Positions 45,479 to 54,511 of a stretch of 56,324 nt of DNA are shown here, piece by piece (position 1 is the stretch's first letter; each line of letters starts with the position of its first letter). The stretch spans positions 1-56,324 of the IMG/VR virus record IMGVR_UViG_3300027969_000124, one strand, 5' to 3'. Position numbers and translations under genes: made by a program. The notes beneath the pieces were generated by a model. It was not told the origin of the DNA, searched no databases, and saw only the letters and a program-made list of their open reading frames with translations. Origin of the DNA: a virus (Duplodnaviria; Caudoviricetes).

Positions 45479-47584
45479 ATGCCACTAAAAAAATTAGCTC
45501 TAAGGCCGGGGGTCAACAAAGAGAACACTCGCTATACCAATGAAAACGGCTGGTATGACTGCGACAAAATCCGATTCCGTCAAGGTACACCTGAGAAGAT
45601 CGGTGGGTGGCAACGCATCTCAGCCAATACGTTTGTTGGTATTTGCCGTTCTTTGTGGACTTGGGTAACTCTTGGCTCTCAAAGGCTAATTGGAGTAGGC
45701 ACTAACTTAAAGTTCTATATTAGTTCTGGTGGCGCTTATTACGATATAACACCTACGCAATTTGTTCATACGCTGACAAATCCATTTGCTACGCAAAGCG
45801 GCTCCACTACCGTTACCGTGACTGACGCTACTGGTGGATACATCAACAACAACTTTGTAACATTTAGTGGCGCTACAGCTGTAGGCGGTATCACCATCTC
45901 TGGCGAGTATCAGCTTACTTACGCAAGCGCTACCACTTATACGATTACAGCTGCGTCGGCAGCTTCATCAAATGCAACAGGCGGCGGTACTGTTTATGCT
46001 GTATACCAAATCAATGTAGGCCCAGCTTACGCAGTCCCGTTAGTTGGATGGGGTGCTGGTACATGGGGAAGCGGAACATGGGGCGTTGGTACAACATCAA
46101 ATGATGCCATGCGCTTATGGAGTCAGAGTAATTTTGGCGAAGACTTAATCTACGGGCCAAGGGGTGGGCCGATTTACTACTGGGATGCTGGAATTGGTTA
46201 TCAAGACTCCACAATCACCATGACCATAGCCACTCCTTGTGTTGTATCGTCTACTATTATTTTGCCTAATTTGTCGGCAATTATTTTTCAAACAACAGGC
46301 GCATTGCCTACGGGCTTATTGGTTGGAACAATTTACTACACAAGGTATGTCTCATCTACAACATTTAATTTATCACTAACCCCTACAGGCGCTTTGATAA
46401 ATACTACAGGCAGTCAGTCTGGAGTTCATTCCATATCCCCAAGAGGCATGGATATTACGACTTTTGCGGCGGCTTCTAACTGCCCAATCATCCAAAACTA
46501 CATCCTTGTTTCAGATATAAGCAGGTATGTATTTGCATTTGGCTGTAATGCCCTTGGCTCAACCACTCAAGACCCAATGCAGATTCGCTGGTCAGATCAA
46601 GAATCTGTGGTTGAGTGGACTCCTGCCGCCACTAATACGGCTGGTGATCTGCGTTTGTCTCACGGTTCTAAAATCGTTACAGCCATGCAGGCTCGCCAAG
46701 AAATATTGGTCTGGACTGACTCATCTCTTTATTCTCTCCAGTACGTTGGCGCTCCTGTGGTCTGGGGTTCTCAGTTGGTGGGAGACAACATATCTATCGC
46801 TGGAGAAAATGCTGTTGGTTACGCTAACGGTGTAGCTTATTGGATGGGTGTGGATAAGTTCTATAAATATGATGGACGCACACAAACACAATCTTGCGAT
46901 CTGCGACAGTTTGTATTTGAGAATATTAACAAATCCCAGTTTGACCAAGTTATGTGCGGAACAAACGAGGGCTTCAATGAGGTGTGGTGGTTCTATGTCA
47001 GCAATGACAGCGTGGACTCCAAGATTGATAGTTATGTGGTTTACAACTACCTTGAGCCAGACGGCAAAGGCGGAACTGGCGTTTGGTACTACGGCTCTAT
47101 GGGTAGAACGGCGTGGCTTGATTCTGGTTTAAGAGACTATCCAATTGCTGCCACTTATAACTACAACATTGTTGACCATGAGATTGGCGTGGATGACAAA
47201 GCCACCGCTACTACAGTTCCTATTGAGGCTTACATCACATCTGCGGAATTTGACATTGATGACGGCGATAGGTTTGGTTTTATATGGCGTGTAGTACCAG
47301 ACATTACATTCCGTGGATCTACGGCGGCAAGCCCGCAAGTTACGATGTATCTCAAACCTATGCAGAACTCAGGCTCTGGATATAACGACCCAGCATCTGT
47401 GGGAGGTGAGTCTTCAGCCACTATCACCCGCACGGCAGTTCTTCCTATTGAAGCATTTACAGGGCAGATCTATACAAGGGTTAGAGGCCGTCAGATGGCT
47501 ATGGAAGTAAGGTCTACGGCAGAGGGTGTAACTTGGCAACTAGGATCCCCCCGCCTAGACATTAGACAGGACGGCAGACGATGA
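45479..47584 (+). CDS. tail tubular protein B / nozzle-like stabilisation protein
   Basis: RFRQG.PEKIGGW, IRWSDQE, YWMG...FY.YDG, EVWWFY, R.RGRQ, ends DGRR. Confidence 0.7.
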   Translation: MPLKKLALRPGVNKENTRYTNENGWYDCDKIRFRQGTPEKIGGWQRISANTFVGICRSLWTWVTLGSQRLIGVGTNLKFYISSGGAYYDITPTQFVHTLTNPFATQSGSTTVTVTDATGGYINNNFVTFSGATAVGGITISGEYQLTYASATTYTITAASAASSNATGGGTVYAVYQINVGPAYAVPLVGWGAGTWGSGTWGVGTTSNDAMRLWSQSNFGEDLIYGPRGGPIYYWDAGIGYQDSTITMTIATPCVVSSTIILPNLSAIIFQTTGALPTGLLVGTIYYTRYVSSTTFNLSLTPTGALINTTGSQSGVHSISPRGMDITTFAAASNCPIIQNYILVSDISRYVFAFGCNALGSTTQDPMQIRWSDQESVVEWTPAATNTAGDLRLSHGSKIVTAMQARQEILVWTDSSLYSLQYVGAPVVWGSQLVGDNISIAGENAVGYANGVAYWMGVDKFYKYDGRTQTQSCDLRQFVFENINKSQFDQVMCGTNEGFNEVWWFYVSNDSVDSKIDSYVVYNYLEPDGKGGTGVWYYGSMGRTAWLDSGLRDYPIAATYNYNIVDHEIGVDDKATATTVPIEAYITSAEFDIDDGDRFGFIWRVVPDITFRGSTAASPQVTMYLKPMQNSGSGYNDPASVGGESSATITRTAVLPIEAFTGQIYTRVRGRQMAMEVRSTAEGVTWQLGSPRLDIRQDGRR

Positions 47585-47931
47585 CATTCATTATTACCTC
47601 TGAGTCTGATCTCAATAGGATTGCCGCTCCAGCGCTTCCATCACCCACACAAAGTTATTCTGACGTATATCAAAACCAGTTTAATAATGTTTTGCGTTTG
47701 TATTTCAATCGTATACAGGGCATATTAGACCAACTAAATACAGATAGCGGCATAATCCCAGCCCTTACTGTTTACACGGTTGCAACGTTGCCAAGCGCAG
47801 TTACATCTAGCGTTGGCGCTAGAGCGTTTGTGTCAGATGCAACAGTAACAACTTTTGCCTCCACGGTTGCTGGAGGAGGAGCCAATAAAGTACCTGTATA
47901 TTCCGATGGAACAAACTGGAAAATTGGATGA
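47581..47931 (+). CDS. virion protein
   Basis: PALP...Y...N.LRLYFN; YTVATLP...G.RAFVSDA...VPVYSDG.NW. Confidence 0.55.
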   Translation: MTFIITSESDLNRIAAPALPSPTQSYSDVYQNQFNNVLRLYFNRIQGILDQLNTDSGIIPALTVYTVATLPSAVTSSVGARAFVSDATVTTFASTVAGGGANKVPVYSDGTNWKIG

Positions 47932-48209
47932 ACTTTATTGAACTTCTTAACAAGGTAGCCAGAGTCGCCCGTCCGGCTCACCATGAGTTTGTCCCTATTG
48001 AGCGGATGGACGAGAGGTTTGAGGAAACTTGTTTTGACTCTCTAGACATGCTGATGATTGGCATGTTCATGGGCATGATCTACGACATAGATGACGAGAT
48101 ATCCAAAGAGTTCCAGCCTGAGACCGTGCAGGAACTTTATGACTTTATACAGTTAAACAAAAAGCATGATCCTGTATCTATAGAGTGGGCGCTGGAGCAG
48201 ATTAAATGA
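47928..48209 (+). CDS. acpP: acyl carrier protein
   Basis: Acidic 93 aa; FDSLD phosphopantetheine site (Ser38, 48039-48041); ETVQELYDFI helix IV pattern. Confidence 0.75.
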   Translation: MNFIELLNKVARVARPAHHEFVPIERMDERFEETCFDSLDMLMIGMFMGMIYDIDDEISKEFQPETVQELYDFIQLNKKHDPVSIEWALEQIK

Positions 48210-49309
48210 TCCACCTAACGCACTACCGCACGGCATATTCAACTACGGTGGAGTTGATGGAGGGTGTCTTCCCCCAGAAAGTTCACTGGTTTCCAGAGAC
48301 ATATGCGCGTGTAAACAGTGGGATGTTCTACGTTCCCCACCGTGTTGCTGACAAAGTACTTGACCCAGTCCTAGCCAAAGAACTAAGGGAAAACCCTGTG
48401 GGTAAGACTGCATTTATTCTTGCTGGTGGAAACTCTCACTTTGCAGGAATTAACCCCCGATCCAAGGATCCTACAAGGCTGTCTTATGAATATAAGTTCC
48501 TACCATTTACTCTTACTCAAGTGTATGCAGGAAGAACAGCCCAAGCCTTGGGTGCTACGGATCATGTTGTTACCGATGCCACAGCCTGCGCCTCCAGTCT
48601 TAAAGCGCTGATGGATGTACAGACCCTAATTAACTTTTATGGGTTTAAACGTGTAATTGTCCTGACGGTAGAGGATGCTGTTACCAACTCAGTCCTTGAG
48701 TTCTTTGGAGAAGCCAAGGCATCTCTTACCAAGAAAGAGGAAGATTTAGGTGTTAAGCCATCTGCCTTTGATGAGACAAACTACGGGTTCTTTGTGGGTC
48801 AAGGCGCGGCTCTGGCGGTGTTTGAGTCCAGCGACGTATCAGAGAACCCTATAGCCATTCTCAAGGGAGCCTATACAGCCAGCGAAGATCACTCGAACGC
48901 TATCGGCCAGCGAGAGGATGGGCAAGGGTTCATTCGTGCGATTGAGGGGGTTCTAGACATAGCCCGTACCCCCGCCGAGCATATAAGCATTGTCAAAACG
49001 CACGGTACTGGAACAAAGTCCAACAACGTGGCTGAAAAAGCGGCTTTGGCGTACACGTTAGACCAATATGTCGCCACCTCGTACAAGCAAAAGATAGGTC
49101 ATACGATGGGTGCCAGCGGTCTATTGGAAACTCTATTATTAATAGATAATATCCTCTCTGATGAGATAGTTCCCTGTATCGCTAACAGGACTGCCTATGA
49201 CGAAGTATTTCTGTCGGAAGATGTCAAAGTGCCACAGGGCGATATATTGACTCTTGCGGCGGGTATGGGCAATGTGTACTCGGCGGCTGTGCTGTCGTTG
49301 GAGATATAA
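48206..49309 (+). CDS. beta-ketoacyl-ACP synthase (FabB/FabF-like ketosynthase)
   Basis: TACASS (Cys), KTHGTGT (His), KIGHTMGASG (His), GFFVGQGAA. Confidence 0.85.
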   Translation: MIHLTHYRTAYSTTVELMEGVFPQKVHWFPETYARVNSGMFYVPHRVADKVLDPVLAKELRENPVGKTAFILAGGNSHFAGINPRSKDPTRLSYEYKFLPFTLTQVYAGRTAQALGATDHVVTDATACASSLKALMDVQTLINFYGFKRVIVLTVEDAVTNSVLEFFGEAKASLTKKEEDLGVKPSAFDETNYGFFVGQGAALAVFESSDVSENPIAILKGAYTASEDHSNAIGQREDGQGFIRAIEGVLDIARTPAEHISIVKTHGTGTKSNNVAEKAALAYTLDQYVATSYKQKIGHTMGASGLLETLLLIDNILSDEIVPCIANRTAYDEVFLSEDVKVPQGDILTLAAGMGNVYSAAVLSLEI

Positions 49310-49747
49310 ATGTCAAAGATGATAGACAGTAACAAGCAAAAACTGGATTTTGCGCAAATTGTTGTAATTGCGCTGGAAAACACACGCTCAAATTATCCAA
49401 TTAAAGCGGCTCTTCCGGCCATTTTGACTGAGGTTACTCAGCCAAATACAGATGTAAAGCAGATGGGCAACACCGTATTTATTTTGCATGATGGAAATGA
49501 TGGACAAGCAGTTTTTAAGGCTTTAAACGCAGACATTCCAAGAAACTTTTTGCAAAGTGCTAGAAAATATGTGGTGTACGCAAAGAATGAATTGGGTATG
49601 GATGTATTGATTACTGAATTTTCCGATCCAGCAATTAGCACATTATTTCATGCAATTTCTAAAAATCCGCCTATGGAGGGTATGGGGTTCAAAGAGTACA
49701 AAACCGCCAAAGGTGCGTACCGCATTGTTTTGAATTTAGGACATTGA
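49310..49747 (+). CDS. hypothetical protein (candidate acyltransferase by position)
   Basis: 145 aa alpha/beta-looking ORF abutting the KS stop and preceding the ejection genes; fold not verifiable by eye. Confidence 0.45.
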   Translation: MSKMIDSNKQKLDFAQIVVIALENTRSNYPIKAALPAILTEVTQPNTDVKQMGNTVFILHDGNDGQAVFKALNADIPRNFLQSARKYVVYAKNELGMDVLITEFSDPAISTLFHAISKNPPMEGMGFKEYKTAKGAYRIVLNLGH

Positions 49748-49748
49748 T

Positions 49749-51065
49749 ATGAGCGCAGTATCAGATTCATTAGCCGATTTCGATGACTCAGTGCGCGAAG
49801 AAGTTTCTTCTGTTGGAGAAACTATTCAAGACACGGGTCAGGCGGTTATTGATACCGCTGTTACACCTGTAGTAAAGGCCGTTCAAAACACCTACGATGC
49901 ATTTGAAAAAGACCCTGTAGGAACGACTTTAAAACTAGCGGCTGCTGCGTCTGGAGACCCGACGCTCATCATGGCGACAAATACAGCCGTCAATGTGGCT
50001 CAAGGTCAAGACATTAATGATGCGTTAGAAAATGCGGCAAAACAAACCGCCGTGACTTATGCCTCTATTGAAGCGGGTAAATACGCGGCAAGTGAATTTG
50101 GAACTCCAACCGCAGAGCCTATTGTTGACATAGAGGCTGGCCCAACACCGACTATTGAAACAGCAGCCCCAGCGCCATCCGCGCCTGTAACCAACACAAT
50201 TATTAAATCAGGAACTCAAGGCGCTACTAGCGCGGCTTTGCAGGGCAAAGATCCAATTGAAGGCGCTACGTCAGGCATAGTATCTTCTGGCGTTAGCTCA
50301 GGCATTAACGCAGGAACAAGCGCAGCCTCAAAAGAAGTATCTGATGCGGATTTTGAAAAATGGTCTCAAGAACAAGCAGAAAAATCTTACGAGAACGCAC
50401 CTAGCCCAACAGAGTTGGAGGTGATGGCGGCTGACAATACAGTTGCTTTGCCGCCTGCAACAACCACGACAGAGACTGGGCCGGGTTATTACAACGAGGC
50501 TACGGGTCAATTTGTGCCAAGCGAAACTGGCACGGCTCCTTTAGACAATACCTCCGGAACTAATCTGGATAGTATGAAGGACTACACCTATGACACTGCG
50601 ACCAATACTTGGACTTCCCCTGATGGCGAGGTAATCAGTTTAAACGACTTATCTAACACACAGACTCCGTTAGACACTGAGTCAGTTCTACCGCCTCCTT
50701 CTGTTGCAGATCCAGAGGCATACAACCCATTGAATGTTAAGCCTGCGCTGGACTATGCGGCAAAGGCTGCGTTACAAAAGGCTGCGGCAGATAAAGCAGC
50801 AGCGGCAAGAGCGGCGGCAGCTAAGGCGGCTCAAGCAAATGCGGGGCAGACAACGCAGTCAAATAACCTTCTGGGATTGCTTGCGTTGCTAGATACCAAA
50901 GCGCCACAAGCCCCTGTTCAAAATCAATCAAACGACATAAAATACTTCTATGACATTATGGGCAATGAGATATTGCCGCCCGCCCCCGAAAAGACCGCAA
51001 AACCTGTGTTTGATTTTGCCGAAGGCGGGACGATAGAAGACCTAATCCGAATGCTGAGGAGTTAA
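49749..51065 (+). CDS. internal virion / ejection protein
   Basis: A/T/P-rich low-complexity protein ending FAEGG; position after the tail genes. Confidence 0.55.
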   Translation: MSAVSDSLADFDDSVREEVSSVGETIQDTGQAVIDTAVTPVVKAVQNTYDAFEKDPVGTTLKLAAAASGDPTLIMATNTAVNVAQGQDINDALENAAKQTAVTYASIEAGKYAASEFGTPTAEPIVDIEAGPTPTIETAAPAPSAPVTNTIIKSGTQGATSAALQGKDPIEGATSGIVSSGVSSGINAGTSAASKEVSDADFEKWSQEQAEKSYENAPSPTELEVMAADNTVALPPATTTTETGPGYYNEATGQFVPSETGTAPLDNTSGTNLDSMKDYTYDTATNTWTSPDGEVISLNDLSNTQTPLDTESVLPPPSVADPEAYNPLNVKPALDYAAKAALQKAAADKAAAARAAAAKAAQANAGQTTQSNNLLGLLALLDTKAPQAPVQNQSNDIKYFYDIMGNEILPPAPEKTAKPVFDFAEGGTIEDLIRMLRS

Positions 51066-51066
51066 T

Positions 51067-52839
51067 ATGGCTTTAATTGTTTCTGGGTACGATTCAAACG
51101 GAGACCCCGTATATACGGATGATGGAAATGGGCCAGAATTTTCAACCTCTGGCGGAAATGACAGTCAATATGTAAACCAAGATTTGACTGAGGGTAACAG
51201 TGGGTATGTAGATACGACAGAAGAAATCCCAGAATGGATGAATTTAGAAAATTCTGGAAATGTAGCCAATATGGATGGTTGGAAGGCTTCCGGCGGAGTG
51301 TGGACGGATCCTGCTGGCAAAACTTACGATATGTCGTACTTAAATGCCCAGCCCGGACTAATGAGTTCCATCTCTAGTTTTTTCAAGAAACCTGACGGTA
51401 GTTACGACTTTGGAAAGATGGCTGCTCTTGGAACTGGTCTGGCAGCAATGACGGGTTTAAACAAAGCAGGAAAAACACCCGTAGGTTTTCAAGGTAGTAT
51501 CCCTAAATACACCGCATTACAGCAACAAATTCCTAGACAGGCCGATCCTAGCCGTGTCCCCGGATCTGCTGGGCAACGCTATTTCACCGATGTGCAGTAT
51601 GCCGCTCCAGCGGATGTTGCCGCTAAACAAGGCATTATGAGTCAACAAGCACAAACCCTAGCCCAACCTATGGCAACTGGAGGTTTAACCGCTCTTGCCT
51701 CTGGTAAATACTTACGTGGTCATACCGATGGCATGGCTGATGAAATCCCAGCCCAGATTGGTAAAGACCAACCAGCCAAACTTAGCCACGGGGAATTCGT
51801 TATCCCTGCCGATGTTGTCTCTCACCTTGGAAACGGTAACTCGGATGCAGGCGCTAATGTTTTATACGCCATGATGGCTAAGGTACGCAAAGCACGTACA
51901 GGCACAGATAAGCAGGGTAAGAAGATTAACCCTGAGAAGTTCACCCCCGGAGGCGGTATCAAAGGTTTTGCTGTTGGTGGCTCTACAGGAGTTACGGGTG
52001 TTGGAAGTGCGGCATCTTCAGGCGTTGCTGGCACTGAATCTAACCTCTCTAACTGGGCAGGCCCATACGTAACGGATATGCTTGGCAAAGGTCAGGCTTT
52101 GTCTGAGACCCCATACCAAGCCTATACAGGCCCACTGACCGCTGGCGCATCTGAACTTCAAACTCAGTCGTTTGGCAATGCCGCCAATTTAAACGTGCCA
52201 ACTGGAATGGGTGGGTACACCCCCGGAACGTTTGATACAACCCAAGCAAACAAGTACATGAATCCGTATCTGTCTGCCGCCCTAGACCCTGTTATGGAAG
52301 AACAGCGCAGGCAAGCAGAAATAGGCAGAGTCAATGAAGCCGCACGCTATACCAAGGCAGGCGCTTACGGCGGCGGTCGTCAAGCAATTGCAGACACTGA
52401 GAACACACGTAACCTTGGAACTCTCCAGAACAAGACATTGACCGAAGGCTATAAGACAGCCTATGACAAGGCAATGGATCAATTTAATAGAGAACAAGGA
52501 CTTGGACTACAAGCCCAAGACCTCACCAACAAGTACGGACTTGCCGCTATTGAAGAGCAAGCCAAATTGGGCGGAACTCAAAGAGACATCACATCCCAAG
52601 GCATTGCCGCAGACAAAGCGCAGTTTGAGGAAGAGCGTGCTGATCCATTTAAGAAGGTTCAGTTCCAGCAATCATTACTACAAGGCTTGCCCACAGCGGC
52701 ACAGTCTTACACACCAGCACAGACTAGCGCTCTACAAGACCTTATGTCAACTGGCGCAATGTCTACGGCTCTGTATAAGCAACTCCAAGACCTTGGTGTT
52801 ATTGCTAAAGACCCCACTACAACCCCTCCGAAAGCGTAA
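51067..52839 (+). CDS. internal virion / DNA ejection protein
   Basis: G..DG..D.IPA..LS.GEFV.PADVVS.LGNG..AGA domain; YMNPY, GAYGG.RQ, Q-rich helices. Confidence 0.6.
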   Translation: MALIVSGYDSNGDPVYTDDGNGPEFSTSGGNDSQYVNQDLTEGNSGYVDTTEEIPEWMNLENSGNVANMDGWKASGGVWTDPAGKTYDMSYLNAQPGLMSSISSFFKKPDGSYDFGKMAALGTGLAAMTGLNKAGKTPVGFQGSIPKYTALQQQIPRQADPSRVPGSAGQRYFTDVQYAAPADVAAKQGIMSQQAQTLAQPMATGGLTALASGKYLRGHTDGMADEIPAQIGKDQPAKLSHGEFVIPADVVSHLGNGNSDAGANVLYAMMAKVRKARTGTDKQGKKINPEKFTPGGGIKGFAVGGSTGVTGVGSAASSGVAGTESNLSNWAGPYVTDMLGKGQALSETPYQAYTGPLTAGASELQTQSFGNAANLNVPTGMGGYTPGTFDTTQANKYMNPYLSAALDPVMEEQRRQAEIGRVNEAARYTKAGAYGGGRQAIADTENTRNLGTLQNKTLTEGYKTAYDKAMDQFNREQGLGLQAQDLTNKYGLAAIEEQAKLGGTQRDITSQGIAADKAQFEEERADPFKKVQFQQSLLQGLPTAAQSYTPAQTSALQDLMSTGAMSTALYKQLQDLGVIAKDPTTTPPKA

Positions 52840-52841
52840 GT

Positions 52842-54497
52842 ATGAATTTAATTCAAACTCAATATCATTTACGTGATCTTCCCAATGAGCAGGTAAAGGC
52901 TTTTGCTAACGGAAGAGATCCATCCGCAGTGCCGGAATGGTTAGCCGCCGCTGAAATGCAGCGTCGTGAGCGGGTAGAGATGGCTAGTAGCAAAGCTCCC
53001 GACAAGTCGGTCAAAGAACGCCTTGAAGAGACTATGGGTCTAAAGGCTTTACAAGCCCAGCGTCAACAAATGGCTGGTCAAAAGATGGGTGAGCAGGCTA
53101 TGGCTATGCCCACCATACCTGAGAACGTACCTCAGCCAGAAGAACAACCTGAAGTGCAAGCTGCGGCATCAGGTGGTTTGATGCGTGGTATCGCTCAATT
53201 GCCTGTGGAGATGTTCCACCAAGCAGCCTATGCAGGCGGTGGAATTGTTGCTTTTGAATCTGGTGGAAAAACTGCCTATAAACCACCTAAAGAAGAAATG
53301 CCTTATTACGGTCTTATTGCTGATCAAGAAAATCAGTCAGATGCAGAACGTATGCGTTTACTTAGGGCGGAGCAAGCAGCTCGCGAAAAAGCTGGTAAAC
53401 CTTGGTATGAAGACGCTGGAACTACTTTGGTTAACTTGCCGACGGATCAAACACCAGCTCCTAAAACTGCTCCACCAAAACCCGGATCATATGAGGCTGC
53501 ACTTGCCATGATTCGTAATTCTTCTAATAGCTCACCAGCATATGAAGAGTTAATGAGGAGGATTAAAGAGCCAGAAGAAGCAATTGAAACTCCAGAACAA
53601 CTAATTGCCAAACGCAAAGCCCTTTTGGAAAAACAAGGGGTTCGTCCTGCTGGTGAGGGCCAAGAAAAACGCATACAAGAGCGTGACGTAGCGTATGAAC
53701 AAGAGAAAAAAGATCGTGCTTTAAACAATCTCATTGCTTCTATGTCCGCCTTTGGCCGTCCAAACATTCAAGGCAGAGGTCTTGGGTCAGAATACGCCAA
53801 TACAGCCGTTCAAGGATTTGAGGCTGGCAGGGCGGAAGATGCTAAATTTAGGGATGCCCAAGACAAACTGCGCGATGCTATTGAAACGCAACGCAGGGCA
53901 GAGTTAATTGGAGATGTTGATACGGCTCAAAAAGCCAACCAAGAAGCGACAAAGTTAAGAGCAGAAATGCGTAGGGCTACGCTTACCGCTGCGGGGCAGG
54001 CTGCACAGACAGATATAACAGCTCGTGGTCAAGGTTTGCAATATCTCACAGACCAAGAAAGGATTGCGGCAACAAGGGAAGCAAACAGAATCCAAGCCGC
54101 GCAGTTGGCAAAAGACCCAGATGCTATTCGTGGCGCTAGGGCTTTGATGAAAGATGCCAAAGATGCAGGTAAAGAACTAACCCTAGAGCAAGCCCTTATT
54201 ATTTACGGGCAGTCAAGTGCTGGATATTTAAGTCGTGAAGCAAGTATCGAGCAACAAAAAGAAAAATTGATTCAAGACAAGTATGAGAAAGCCCGTCCAT
54301 ATCCAGAATCAATGATTGCTATGACAAGGCAAAAAGATTCCGCCAAGGCTGATGAATATGAAGCGGCTAATAAGGCTGTTAAAGACAAGATTCGCAAAGA
54401 AGTTATGGGTGATAATGCACCATCTGATCAGGGCGGCAGTTCAAGCGGAGGAACTTCCAGCGCTGGTTGGGGCGAAGCTAAAAAAGTCACAAAATAA
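52842..54497 (+). CDS. internal virion / ejection protein
   Basis: Helical and charged; AxGG motifs. Confidence 0.55.
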   Translation: MNLIQTQYHLRDLPNEQVKAFANGRDPSAVPEWLAAAEMQRRERVEMASSKAPDKSVKERLEETMGLKALQAQRQQMAGQKMGEQAMAMPTIPENVPQPEEQPEVQAAASGGLMRGIAQLPVEMFHQAAYAGGGIVAFESGGKTAYKPPKEEMPYYGLIADQENQSDAERMRLLRAEQAAREKAGKPWYEDAGTTLVNLPTDQTPAPKTAPPKPGSYEAALAMIRNSSNSSPAYEELMRRIKEPEEAIETPEQLIAKRKALLEKQGVRPAGEGQEKRIQERDVAYEQEKKDRALNNLIASMSAFGRPNIQGRGLGSEYANTAVQGFEAGRAEDAKFRDAQDKLRDAIETQRRAELIGDVDTAQKANQEATKLRAEMRRATLTAAGQAAQTDITARGQGLQYLTDQERIAATREANRIQAAQLAKDPDAIRGARALMKDAKDAGKELTLEQALIIYGQSSAGYLSREASIEQQKEKLIQDKYEKARPYPESMIAMTRQKDSAKADEYEAANKAVKDKIRKEVMGDNAPSDQGGSSSGGTSSAGWGEAKKVTK

Positions 54498-54511
54498 CTT
54501 GGTAGTAGTAC

